Source of the DNA: Ascidiella aspersa
Taxonomy: Eukaryota
Length of the DNA stretch: 64,000 bases
NCBI GenBank assembly: GCA_963924565.1
Contig: OZ004612.1
Coordinates: 7,502,001 to 7,566,000 of the forward strand
Reading direction: 5' to 3'
Shown: piece after piece, positions 49,601-61,800 of the stretch
Layout of the letters: each line of letters opens with the position of its first letter
How positions within the stretch are numbered: the first letter of the stretch is position 1
Made by a program: the position numbers and the translations under genes
Notes under the pieces: model-generated
The model's input: the letters and a program-made list of their open reading frames with translations, nothing else
Databases searched by the model: none
What the model was told of the DNA's origin: nothing

Positions 49601-52600
49601 GGTTCCCAACCTTTTTGTTCTCGTGACCCCTTTTAGGTTTTCAATACCTTGCGCGAACCCCGATTTTAGTATATGATACATAAACCAGAGTTAATAAAAA
49701 CAATTTTAAAATTGGCAAAATTTAAATTTGGAAAATAATTGAGGTGGATTTTATCAAAATTTTGTTAAAATGTACAGATTTAAGTATGTATAACAAGTTT
49801 AAGTTATGGTTTGAGCGTCCATTTATTTTTATGAGACATTGTTTGACTGTAGCTACGCTTCATTCATTAATTGAAAAGTGTAATGGTGATGTCATACACA
49901 CGACTGGTTCACTGCAGCAAAAGCCACATAAGCAGTAAACACAAACGTTAGACCGGCGGTTGCTTTTGCCCCCTATGTACTGCTAAACATTTTGGTCATA
50001 TTTGCTTATTATTTTATCAAGTACTACACGGCGATCCCCTGGACAACCCCTTGCGACCCCTAGGTTGGGAACCACTGTTTTAAACGCACACAAGTTAAAA
50101 CGATACCACAGTGTTTTGCTCAGTTGTTCCGCTGTTCTTTTTTGTGTTTCTCGTCAATCCAAGCATTTAATCGCATGCTCACCACAATGACCAATTAAGT
50201 GATCAATGTTGCCACGCACAATATACTACAAAAGTTGTTCGTGCGTTGACCACTACACACAACCCTCTAACGTGGCCTTCCGCTTTAAAGACAACAAAGG
50301 GGTATAAATAAACAAGCGGAACCTTCTATTTACGGTTTGGTCTATTTGTATTTACATGATTCAATGTCAGGTCCACCAAAAAATAACTTTTTTTTTAATT
50401 TCAAACGGGGCGAATTTGTTTTACATTTGAATCTACTAGCGTTACGCATTTGTTTTAGTTCATCTATAAATCTGTGTATATAGGATACGGATTCGCTGGT
50501 TCAACAGCTGGGCCACAGAAAATAAGTTGTACGATGATTATACAGCGATATATATGATAAAGGTCATAAATTGTTATTACTGAACGATTTAACGCAATCA
50601 GTCCAGGTGAAACTGTTAGGCCAAATTAAACTTGGTTATTTAAGACAGTGCTTTCTCAGCTAAACCTACATTTGACAGTGAGACAGCATCTTGACATTTA
50701 TTTAAAAAAAAAATCAATTGCAATATTCTTTTGGATAATTGGCGAAATATAAAATCACTGTGTTGAACCATACAAGGCCCAAAGTGGTTTACAACACGCT
50801 GATATGACTTCCTTACCGTATTCGGGTCCTGAGAAACAAAACACCTTTGCGGGCGCGTCGGCGTTCTGATGATAAAGATGGGAAGCCATTCATGTGAAAG
50901 GGCGAGGGCCGATGTGTATATGAAGCAGTATATATACTGTGTGTATTACCGTGTCTTAGGAAATTCCAAGTTTTTCAGCCGCTTACGCTATTTCGACACC
51001 CTACCGAACTTAATCAGAAGAAACAAAAACAAATTATAACAACGGCGAAATAAAAAAAAATTAAACATCGAATCAAATTATATTTTACACTGAAAACCAG
51101 ATCATATTATTTGCTCAACAGTTTAACATGAAACTTTATTATTCATAAACCTAAATTAAAAGATGTTGGATCAAAGTATGTCTCATGAAACGGAGTTATA
51201 AATGCTCGGATTAAACTATAACAATAAATATTGGGGTACTCAATAATGTTACATAAATTATGTCTCATCGGGGAAACATTATTTTTTTCTCTCTTCCTTA
51301 CCACTGTAATTTTTGTCACATGCCCAACCCTCCATATGCAATAGTCGACATGTTATATTCGTTATATATCTGTGTTCACCCCATAACCTGATAACTTTTC
51401 GCAGAAAGCACTAAGATTTCAGCTCTCTTCGTAAACGCCTAGCAACTCACTTTATCGAGCGCAAACAATAATCAACTGGTAACAATGACCGTGAAGCAGT
51501 TGGACTAAAACTGAAGAAAATAAACGCCCTGCAGAAACTATCCTTGATCTTTAATCCGGAAATAATGTGGTGTAACTTCAGTTCTGTCATAAACATTGCT
51601 CTCCGCGTTTTAACGCTTTTCGAGCAAGAACGCCCAGTCATTGTGAGTAAGAACTGTCTTCCCTTCTCACAATAAGCCACATAGAGACACAAAGCAGCAG
51701 CAAGGGAGGCCACTGTCTCTCCTAGCGCGACTGGCGGCGTATGGGCCTCCAAAGCAAAAGCGAAACGACGACTAGCGGCAGGCAAATAACGCTGCGAGGC
51801 CGTAACGGGGCCGAGATGAGGCGAATACGGCGCGTCCTCCCGAACTACAGCGAAATCCGCAGGAACTCGGCATAAACGTGGTGGTGATGAGACGACACAG
51901 AAGCTGTAAGGCAAAGCCTGTAGCGCCCCGCTAGCGCCGGCGTGGCTGCTTTGCATGTCAAACGCGAGCAACCTGACTTCAGCTCGCAATGAAGCTATTA
52001 TTTCAGGGGTCGATAATAATCAGTCGAAGAAAAAGTGCCTCAATTTTTATTTAAAGTTGCCGTGTTTCCGCAAAGAGCTAAACCGTAGACATGAGATCTT
52101 GCTTCTTCGGCCTTGAAGCCGATCAGAAGATGGCTTAATCTGTTAATCAACTGACCCTGCTCTCATCATAGAATAGTTACGACATATATCTATAGAAAGG
52201 GAATAAGTTATAAATATAATGCAAAACTTGGATAATTTAATTTGATAATACGCTAACCTACAACACACCCCCCGCCCCGACCAAAACCCATACCTAAACG
52301 CTAAAGTTTTTTAGAGGGGAGCCTTATAAGCAATAAATAAAACAAAAATCTCTATATATGTTACTTTCTTCAAGTTATTTTACGTTGTATAGAGCTTCGA
52401 AATTCGAAAACGTTTTTCCGTATACGTCTGAGCAAATAACTTAATTCCACCAAGTAATTAGCACGAGTATAGAAGTTACCGCATCAAGCAGTACGCTATT
52501 ATGTGCACGTAGATGAGCAGCTCTCCAACGCTCATCTTCAAAGCCAAGCAAACGGGATTGGAACTATGCTTGAAGCCATCCAAAGTATAATCGGATCGGG

Positions 52601-55600
52601 TGTTAAGCGCGGGTGCACACCGCTGGGCGGATCGTGTCATTCTAGGTAACCCGAGCGGGCGAGACATCGCTCGCCTGTGAAACTTCGGTGCCTCCGCCGT
52701 GTACAAACTTGGCAGCCCGGTGGCACTTAAGGCGAAAATTCGAGGGAGAATGATGGGGGGTCGGTGGGCGGACGCCTGACAACGGAGCACGTGTAAAAAG
52801 CTAAGCCGTACACGACACGTGTATATGTATAGGGCGCTGGGCACATGGCCTTTGTCCAGGCAAATCTGGCGCGCGGTTAAGTTGAAGTTACAACGCCGAG
52901 TTGCAAATACGTATCTCCTTTGTTCTGTCTGGATTTTGTTCAACTTAACGACGATTTCCGTTTGATGCGCCATACCTTATAGGTGTGAAAGACAACTAAG
53001 TAGAAAAGGCTTTTGTAGGAGGCCACCTTGACAAAGATTGATTCTCAGCACGAATTTTCAAAAATTCACGAAAAAGCGGAAGCAATACGAAGACTTGACC
53101 CACTTTTAGTAAAATTAACTTTATTAATGCTACCATGGACCTGAGGAGCGCTATGCATTTTTAATGGTCGTGGTGTTATGAAGTTACGCTTGCGGGGACA
53201 ACTTAACACTGTCAAAGATTGAACAGAGCTAGTAAAATCCTTCCTTGTGTACCTTAACCGTGAAGAGCCAAATCCATTGATAGCGTATAAAAAAAATTGA
53301 GTTTTCTTGGGGCCATAGTCATGCACCACTGCAGAAATAAATTATTGTTGAAATACTGTATATCAAGCGCTATTGGGTTTAATAGTTCATTTTTGATAAA
53401 AGTTTTTAGGTTTTTCGAAATGAGATTTATCTGTCGGTAAACACCATTAAAGCGTAATGCGATACCTAAATGCAAAAGCATTGATTGTGCGGCTGTAAGA
53501 GCAACTGTCCTATCAGTAGGGCTGAAAGTCTAAATGAAGACTCAAATATCCATCCTAAATTAGACAGATTACCGAGTAGCATTGGCAAATTGGACAGACC
53601 GTCATTTCTAATCAATGCGACCCGTCGCAAAAGGCAGGCATATTGCGACTATGCAACAAAGACAGGAAAACTCCAAACCTTTCTATTGCGACTATAAACG
53701 ACCCTCGCCCCTCCCAAATACTGGAAAGGCTTTCACTCCTCTCGGCTGCCAAAGTATACGCTCGGCGTTTGCGCTATCAATGCTTAACGGGGCTCTTTCG
53801 AGGACGCACAATGCCTTATAGGGCTCCGGTCGGGCGGATCTTTTCCCAGTAAATTCTCGCCGACAGGGCCTAAGCGCGTACACTTGGCTTTTCTATAATG
53901 CAAAATGCCACGTTTGTGTATAACTGTATATATATTTGCTCGGTTTCTTATTGTCGGGGCGAAGCCGAATTGAAAAAAGCGACTATAGGGAATGGACCAG
54001 TTCTTGATTTTTACGACTATTAGATGGGTTGCTTCTAGGTAGAGCCACGTTTTTCGACGGTGTATTTTTGCAAACCTTTCACTAATTAATAAATGCCCAC
54101 GCAGTTATGTTTACCGTGAACGCGCCCCCCTCTGTTGATTTTAGAGATTTTTTGTTCTTAATAGTTTACACGAGTGGTTCTTAAGAACGATAAAATAGGT
54201 TTAGATTAGAACAAAAAACAGCAGTACATAATTTTAAAATAGATTATTTATTCAACCGTGCATTAGTCATATACTTGCTGCTGAACAATAAATCTCCATT
54301 TCACTTACATTGCTTCTCAATTCCTCCTGAGGCAAAAAATATTCCCGTAAAATTAGATATAGTGACACAAATGAAACTTTACTAAACTCTTCAATAAATC
54401 TAGGTTTTTTTTTTATTTATCTTTGGCCAACCTCAAAATGTTTCCATGGCCAACTAAAGTGAGCCATGGCCCACTGTATGACAACCGCTGGTTCATCGTA
54501 CTAAAAGCATGCAAAAAAAGATTCTGTACCGCAAACTGACACGCTGACATTGCAAGCTGCCTTTAACTAAATCAATCGCAGAGCAATCAAGATCGCAGAG
54601 CAATCTATCGGGCATTGAGTTTCAAAAAATCGTCTGTGTGAAGACCAATTCCAAGTATTACCGCCGCGTCTTGAATGCCCGAACCTCCCGTTGCAATCAA
54701 ATGCCAACTTCAAATAGATTGTGTCTTGCATATCCCCGAACAGCCTAGGCTCAATACCTTCTCGGGTTGCGCCTAATCTTGTTCGAACGCGATCTGATTG
54801 GTCGCTTCCGCTAAGTCCGCGCATGCGCGCTAAAGAAAATTACGCTTGCAGCTCTTCGGGCGGAGACTTGTTTAGAACTTGTGCGTGGTGCAAGCTCTTG
54901 TCTTGACCTAATTTCCTGCAATTTGTTTCAACCGAAAGCAAGCTCGGTATCAACGGTATACAGCACTCCTGGTCGCTGCCAACAGTATTTCTGAGGATAA
55001 TCTATCATACAACATCCGACATTTATTACACAATCGGCAAATTTCTTTGAAGTTAACCAATTGTAAAATGTGGTCGCAGTAATTGCAGAATTCTTTATTG
55101 CAAAAAAGTTTTTCCCGTTGTTAGTTTTGGAGAATTTTAATTTTCACTTTCAGCTGGTTTTCTGCTCTCGTTTTAACAGTTTAAGGCCGATTTATTTCCG
55201 CATTGTATAATACATTCACCTGCTGACGGCGGTCGAGACTAATAATTAGCTTTCTTTACAAATCTACTTTTTAAATTATTTGTCTCAGGCCCGGTTTATA
55301 GGAAACCCCTTCTAAAACTTTTCATCAGACGTGTATTGTCATCCAACTAAGGGTGTGATTCTACTTTAACCTTCAAACTCAAATCAAAAACATGTCGGCG
55401 CTTGGCAAAAATGAATCGCCCTAAAGCGCCCAAACAATGTCATCATATTTAAAATCGGGATTGGCTTCCTGTCTTAATGCTGTTGGCCGCTGTAGCGTAA
55501 CTAAACATGACGCCTTCCGGTAGCCACGGTACCTCATTATACTGCACATAGTTGCTGATTAAGCTGACAACAAAACTTTCGACAATGGGTTTCTCGTTTT

Positions 55601-58600
55601 TCTACCTTTTAGCCTACAATAGCTTTCTGTGCTTTGGAAGTAAGCGTGGAAGCACACAGTGGGCGATACTTGTTTTCCTACATTAATAACATATTTACTT
55701 GGCAATATAAAAAAAACTATTGGGCTTATTTGCTTTGATAAACTTTTTTGCTTCATAATCATGTCTTTCTTATAACGCACGTTACATAGAAGGCTTACTC
55801 TTTTTGTTCAACCATATAATGCCATTTTATCGGCTTTTCCTTGAGTGCGTTACATAGTAAGCTTATTAGTTTTTCTTATGTTTTAAACATATTTTACTTG
55901 CCTTTCTTTTGAATGCTCGTTATACTCATTTTTACTTCTTTAAACACTATCCTTGGAATTTCGATGAAGTGCGTTACACAGTGCGCTAAGCGACCAAAAT
56001 GGCAAAAAAAAAACTTTTGAAAAAAACAACAACAAACAACCAGGAAAATATCAGACTGGCGATGTGCTATTTACGCCGGGAGGGTAAAGTGACATCCTCA
56101 TCGCAAATCAAAAATGAGGCAAAAGGTAATGTCCGAACACCAATAAAACCTATACAGTAGGTAAGAGCCAACCTTTAAAAATTGTACACTAGGCTATACA
56201 GCTACACTAAAAAGAGTTTTTCTTAACTTTCAAATAAATCTCCTGCTAATCATGACTCAGTTACCGGCGATAGAACAACTTGAAACGACATGTTTTGCGT
56301 AAAGGGCTTATTACTTTTACTGCTTCCTAACAGGCGCACAACCAGTCTATGAGCGTTCTCTAACAGCGATATAGCAACAGCACAGGCCACAGCATATGCT
56401 TCCACCCCGCGTATACACTCTATATAGGCTTGCGCTAGTGCTTAACGCGGCAGCGATGGCGAACGCGTGAAGTATGGGCCCTGTTCGAGTGTTTCGAGCG
56501 CCGGACGTAAAAGTGATTGTTCTTGCGTGCTGTAGTTGATTCTCTCCAGGCCCCATAAAGCAGCAGGGGTCCTGTTATTATGACGATCGCGGGCCAATAT
56601 CGGAAGCGTTTCGTTGTCGCGACTAAACGGGAACAGCTGCCTTGACTTAAAGACTTGAAAAAGATTTTTAGCGTCCGCGACATGTCGACGGAAATTTAGG
56701 CAGGGAATTAAGCTAGCCCTTGCAACATTTCAGCTATCGTGTACGGCGTACGCATAATAGCCATCGTTCAAACAGTGATGCTCCAATTAAGCTTGTTGAA
56801 TTCCCACTATCTTAAGCAACGCTGCAATTTGTTCCTGGATTTCCTTAGAACTAAACTCGCAAACAGCGGGCATCGTATACTATCTGTCTGAAAAGCTAAA
56901 GCGATGCGAAAACCCGAGTCCATCGTTTCTATTGTTCGGCTGCGTACCTGGCCTCGACTCGGGACACACCTGTTCTACAAAGCGGGGGACCTTGCGAAAT
57001 TTTCTGCCCGAAAACGACGAACAATGTTTACAATAAATAAAACACTGCGCTTTCTGGCAGGCGACGGGCGCTTGATGAACGCCGATCGACGCTCTCCGTC
57101 GACGCGCGCTATCAATAACGGCCGCAAATCACAACACGTTTTATTGGGCTGTTTGTTTCGGGGTAGGGTGGAGGGGGCGCAGGCGATAACGTCACAAGCT
57201 AGTCCGCCTTTTTGATGGAAAGCCTTGTCAGTGGGCTTATAGCAGCTGCGTGTCGCGCCTAGCTTTGCCTTTCCTAATTGAAATTAATGAACCACCACCT
57301 CGCCCCCACCAACCTATACACCCATAGCCTGGATGACTTCCACTTAAATTGCTGAAGGGCGTCGGTTCAGAGTCCAGTCGACCGCAGCAGCAGCGACTTG
57401 GTATGCAAATTGGCTGCTGCTGGTTGGTTTACCTGCACGCGACCTGCCTCTCTGTCAGCGCACGTTCTCATCGCGTAGGGAGATTCTACATTATTGTGCG
57501 CGGCGCGCTTGTAAAACGTTCAGGCCGACAAGTGTAACCGGGCGGGTCGTTGTGTTTCGCTGGAATCCGAGCGTTGCGCGTTGCGTGTGTGTATGCACGC
57601 GCTCTAGCGGGCGTGCGTGTGTTTGTGTGTGCCATGCATGAAGGTGAGAGGCTCGATCGAAAGAGATAGCACTTGTTAATTGACACTACATGCATATACA
57701 ATACATCACGTGTCTCTAAATGCAGTGACACAATTTTAAATGTTATTTTTTTGCATATTTAGAAAGAAAAACCAAACTCACGCAAAATGAACCAGCTACG
57801 TTAACTGGTAGATTACTTATGTTTCACATACCTTTCATACGGCTGGTTTTCAGCGTACATTATCCAAAAATTGTTAATATAAATCTGGACTCAATTAGGT
57901 TATAGCAAGAGAAAAAATATAAAAAATAATTTTAGAGCAATGACAAGAAAGGATGAGCCTTACCTTTGGATTGCGCTACTGGTTTTTGCTCGACACCAGC
58001 AACTACAGCGTTGCAGCTCGGATTGGATTCGGCTTCCTGCTTTACGCTCACCGTTCCTCCCGTCTCTTCACAGGGATTCGTTTTTATCTCGACGGTCTTC
58101 TCATCTTTCTCAAAGCTTCCAATCGCGTCAACTTTCGCATCATCTTCGGCCTTTTTCTTTTTCCGTTTGCCGCCTCCCTTGCTGCGCAAACCGCGTCCGG
58201 CTTTGGCCGAGAGACGCCGCTGCTTGGTGGAGCGAAAGAAGTCCGGGTCTAAAAGTGGAGACGGCGATATTGAGGAGGCGAGGCTCTCTAAAGACGTTAG
58301 ACTCGATTTACAGGTGGTCAGATGCTGTTGATGCTGCGGCTCAAAGACGCGATCGTGGACCATTAGGCTCTGGCCCGACGAGGAACAGATGGTTAAATTG
58401 GATGCGGACAAGGAAAGTGCCGTAAAGGCCATGGGCCCGTAGCCCTGCTGCTGCGGCTGCTGCTCGTAGTGGTTCATTTGCTTGTAGCCGTCGTCGGCCA
58501 TGTAGGGCTGATGGTTGTCGTGGCGCAAGAAACCGTCAAAGTCCGTTTGTGGGTTGACGTCGGCCTGCCCGAAATAGAAAGCGGTCGCTTCCGAGTCGGC

Positions 58601-58876
58601 TCTCTCCTGTTTGGAGCAGGAGTAGGGCCCAGCATCCTCCAAGAGCTGGAAGGGGGAGTTGTAGTGTCCGGAGGCGCCGCGGTCCACCAGGAAGGCTTTC
58701 TCCAGAGGCGGGAGCACGGAAGACGAGGATTGATCCTCCCGATAAGGCAGGAGATAGTGGAGGTTTTGCTCCTGAGCCAGCATCTGATCTTCGCGTCCTG
58801 AACTCACGAAGGAGTTGAGGTCCTGGAAGCTCTCGCTGGCCAGGACGCCCTGGTTGCAAGAGTTCATCATCATCAT
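28632..58876 (-). CDS. Ets1/2-subfamily transcription factor, ~1077 aa. Exons 58876-57964, 46871-46711, 41525-41293, 38473-37761, 33195-33069, 32633-32529, 31675-31470, 30477-30214, 29143-28632.
   Basis: Phase-consistent GT-AG chain. ETS domain [20 protein letters not shown]...[29 protein letters not shown]...[16 protein letters not shown]...LHKMLGIKP is of the Ets1/2/pointed type. The outer exons are less certain, and an unspliced stop at 31465 is possible. Confidence 0.8.
31470..33195 (-). CDS. Three exons encoding the ETS DNA-binding domain (33195-33069, 32633-32529, 31675-31470)
   Basis: Unambiguous ETS signature residues ([29 protein letters not shown]). Confidence 0.95.
39175..39376. 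repeat. Minisatellite, ~11 units of 18-19 bp (consensus AATATGTGATCATTTCGTG)
   Basis: Units are directly visible. There are no unique spacers. Confidence 0.9.
40470..40490 (+). promoter_or_regulatory. ETS-CRE composite element followed by a CCAAT box
   Basis: CGGAAGTGACGTCAC at 40470-40484 and CCAAT at 40486-40490, in a CpG-rich patch. Confidence 0.55.
44189..44202 (+). promoter_or_regulatory. Second ETS-CRE-type composite element
   Basis: GGAAATGACGTCAC, with the same spacing as at 40470, in a CpG-rich patch with a further TGACGCA half-site. Confidence 0.45.
46408..46679. repeat. Diverged tandem duplication (period ~168 bp) followed by a (TA)n tract next to an Ets exon donor
   Basis: 46408-46513 matches 46576-46679. 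Confidence 0.8.
48960..49410 (-). mobile_element. Degenerate hAT-type MITE, inverted copy of the 49597-50077 element
   Basis: The reverse complement aligns by eye along most of the neighbouring element. The outer TIR is decayed and the left boundary is approximate. Confidence 0.75.
49597..50077 (+). mobile_element. hAT-type MITE (481 bp)
   Basis: Perfect 16-bp TIRs CAGTGGTTCCCAACCT / AGGTTGGGAACCACTG. The flanks CCTTAGAC / TTTTAAAC match only partly. Confidence 0.85.
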
Positions 58877-61800
58877 CGCTATATTTTTCTCTAGCTTAGC
58901 GTCAACGCTAATCGCTAATTTCCTGTGGGTTAAAATTATTGTTTTTATCGTGGGATGCGATGAGTCGTCCGACTCCTAAGCACTCGATTAATTTGAAAAC
59001 TTTCTTTCAAATTAAATTAGGCTACGTATTTCCGCATAGAACAGATTTTTTCATACCAAAATTGCTTTAAATGTTTAACTGTTATTAACAGGTTACAGCG
59101 TTGATTGTTAGCAATAAAGTCGTAGGCAGAACATCCTGAAAATTTTAATTGTCTTTTCGCTGAGCTAATGTAATATGGACTAACTCTTTTTCAGAAAAAA
59201 TCACAGAAAACAAGCACAAAATAAACGTTACTTTTATCTAATAGACACACACGCCTAAAAATCGCTTGAAATATATAATACCCCTATACGCGCTAGGCAT
59301 GTTTGGCCCCTATGTAGACAGGGTTATATTTAAACAGTCTGTGTACATGATACACACTAACCACAAGCTAACGATTTTAGCGATTGGCCAACCAGGGAAG
59401 ACAATATTTGGTTTTATAGTCTGGAGGAACTACTCACGTGACAAACTACGTATGCGATTTGACAGACCCCAGAGCCCCGTAACGTCACGAAAGCAAGGCC
59501 GGACGTCGACCTCGAATTTCGGCTGCTGCGTCCAATCTAACGAAACACAATTTCCGACTGAACTGCAATTTCGCCAAATTACGAAAAGGCGAATTGGCCC
59601 AATAACAACTTCACGCGAGCGCGGCAAGAATTCTGACGCTTTCAGCGACGTATTACGTAGTTTGCAAATTAACAACGTCATGCCGGTAGAGCAGCGCTAA
59701 CGTGCGTACTGGTGGTGTAGGGTTACTGGTGAGCCACTTTGCACGACCGCTTCTACCTGGGGCTGGGTCACTTTTTACTTATATAATTGACTGTTTGGGG
59801 CACACACACACGAACAGTTGCACACATTTACTGATTTATCGACCTGTTTAATTAGTCTAGGCTATTTTTTTTTAGAAAAGCTGGTTGTTTCGCGTCATAT
59901 TTCTAGAACAGTTTATAATTTATAAGCATATATGGAAATGGCTAATTGCATATTTCTTTCCTAAATTCATTCCTTAGCGAGTGTTTATGACCGCTTTGAA
60001 CAAAACATCAGAAATCATATTTACTTTAAAAAACTTTTATGTGCCGAGGTCATCCCGTAAGTTTGAGATGCTGTACTGCACATGTGTACATGGCCGTTAA
60101 AATGCGCGACCTATAATTATATCTTTCTTGGCTTTGTTCACTATTTGGCTAGCATACCCGGACGAAGAATGTAACAATAAAAGCGTGTTTATTTAGACTT
60201 CCTAATTTCTTTGCAACTTAAGCAAAAGCTAAAAAAGCTAAAAAAAGCGCAAAGATTTTTCATTAATTTTGTTTTATCAAACAGCCAACGTTAAATGTAT
60301 TGCATGGCTGCATAGAGTGTGGCCACACGAACTGGTCCAAATGCCCACCAGCCGCGATTTACAGCAATTAAAACTTTAGCCGGGGCTGTCCATTAACAAC
60401 ACGGCCTTGTTTTACAGGAATCGATTGCGCTCGTATTAGCGACGCTCGGGTTACAAGCGGGAAAGTTCGACGCCAAATTGCGGTTAGTTTCGGCCGACTG
60501 CAACTAAATACCTACAATGTTTGTGGATTGCGCGCGATATTCGTATTTAGGAACAACCGTATACGTTGTTCAAGCGACCTTTTCTATACAACAATATTTT
60601 ATATGAGAATAGAATTTTATATTGAATCTATTCAAAAATCAGCTTTTTATTTTTAACTGGGCGTCCAAAAATATGTTCTTTTAGTTTACTTTTACAAAAC
60701 AAGCGCCTGTAAGCGAAGTATTTCTGTTTTTGACATTTTGAAGGTTTTTCAAGGGTATTGCAATGCATGGAATAGACGGCCTAATATTCCGAACCTTATT
60801 ACAGAGATATTATATGCCAGATAAATATATGCCAGATAAATATATGCTTATCATCACTTTAGGCTGCTGCTTAGAGCGCACGCGATGAGTATGGCCCAAA
60901 ACAAACCTATTATATATACGAAAACCTCAAAACTTAAACATAAAACGACCAGCTTGGCGTTTAATTTAATGTTTCCAGTCGCGTATAAGCTGAACGGTTT
61001 TAAAAGTGTCGCTGACGTGTCTGACTAATTGGTCTGCGGTGAAAACCACTGAATTTATCGAAGGCTGGTGGTGCTAGCGTGCTGCCATATACGGGAATAT
61101 ACTATACAGTGAAGCAGCTGCAACATTTTGGCATGTGTAACTGCTAGTTGTGTACTGCGATGGAAACGCGACTTTTCAAAAACCCGGTTAACGCCGTTGT
61201 CCTTTCGAATGGAAAGAAACAACTCTGGAAATAAAGCAGTGGCTTTACGTTAACTATAGTTATCCCCTTTGAATAAAACCTCGAGAAAAAAATGTTGTGC
61301 AAACACATCTAACAAAAACTACTTACTTCCCGCCAATTTCGCTGTAAAATGTAAAGAACATAACTATTCCTTTAATTAATTATCTGTTCGAAAGCCTTTG
61401 GGTGCAAGAAACAAATACTGTTTTTGTCAGGGCTCTGTAAACAACAATTTTTCGACAACTTTCCACATCGTTTTAACTGCGACAGTTGGACAGTCCACAC
61501 TTTTACTATACTTTATTAGGTAAGAATGCACAAAACTTACCAAAGCAAAGAAATTTCAGCCTGAATTCTCATACACTCATCTTGTTTAGCCTACCTAGCC
61601 TCTAAATCCGGTACCGACTACATTGTTATAGTAGTAACCTGCATTCGGTGGTCGCGTGCTGTATTGCCTTCCACTTTCTAACTACGACAACAACGACAAC
61701 TCATTGAAAAGTCACGCCAGGCGTTTAATTGGCGAATCGTCGACGACAACCGCTCAGATTCGGCCCGATTGTGTTTTTCCGCCGATCCAATTAGCCCCGG

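Noticed and set aside
51447-52973. 180-aa and 165-aa ORFs in the Ets intron as genes or PNT exons
   Set aside because: No domain motifs, atypical composition and no compatible splice chain.
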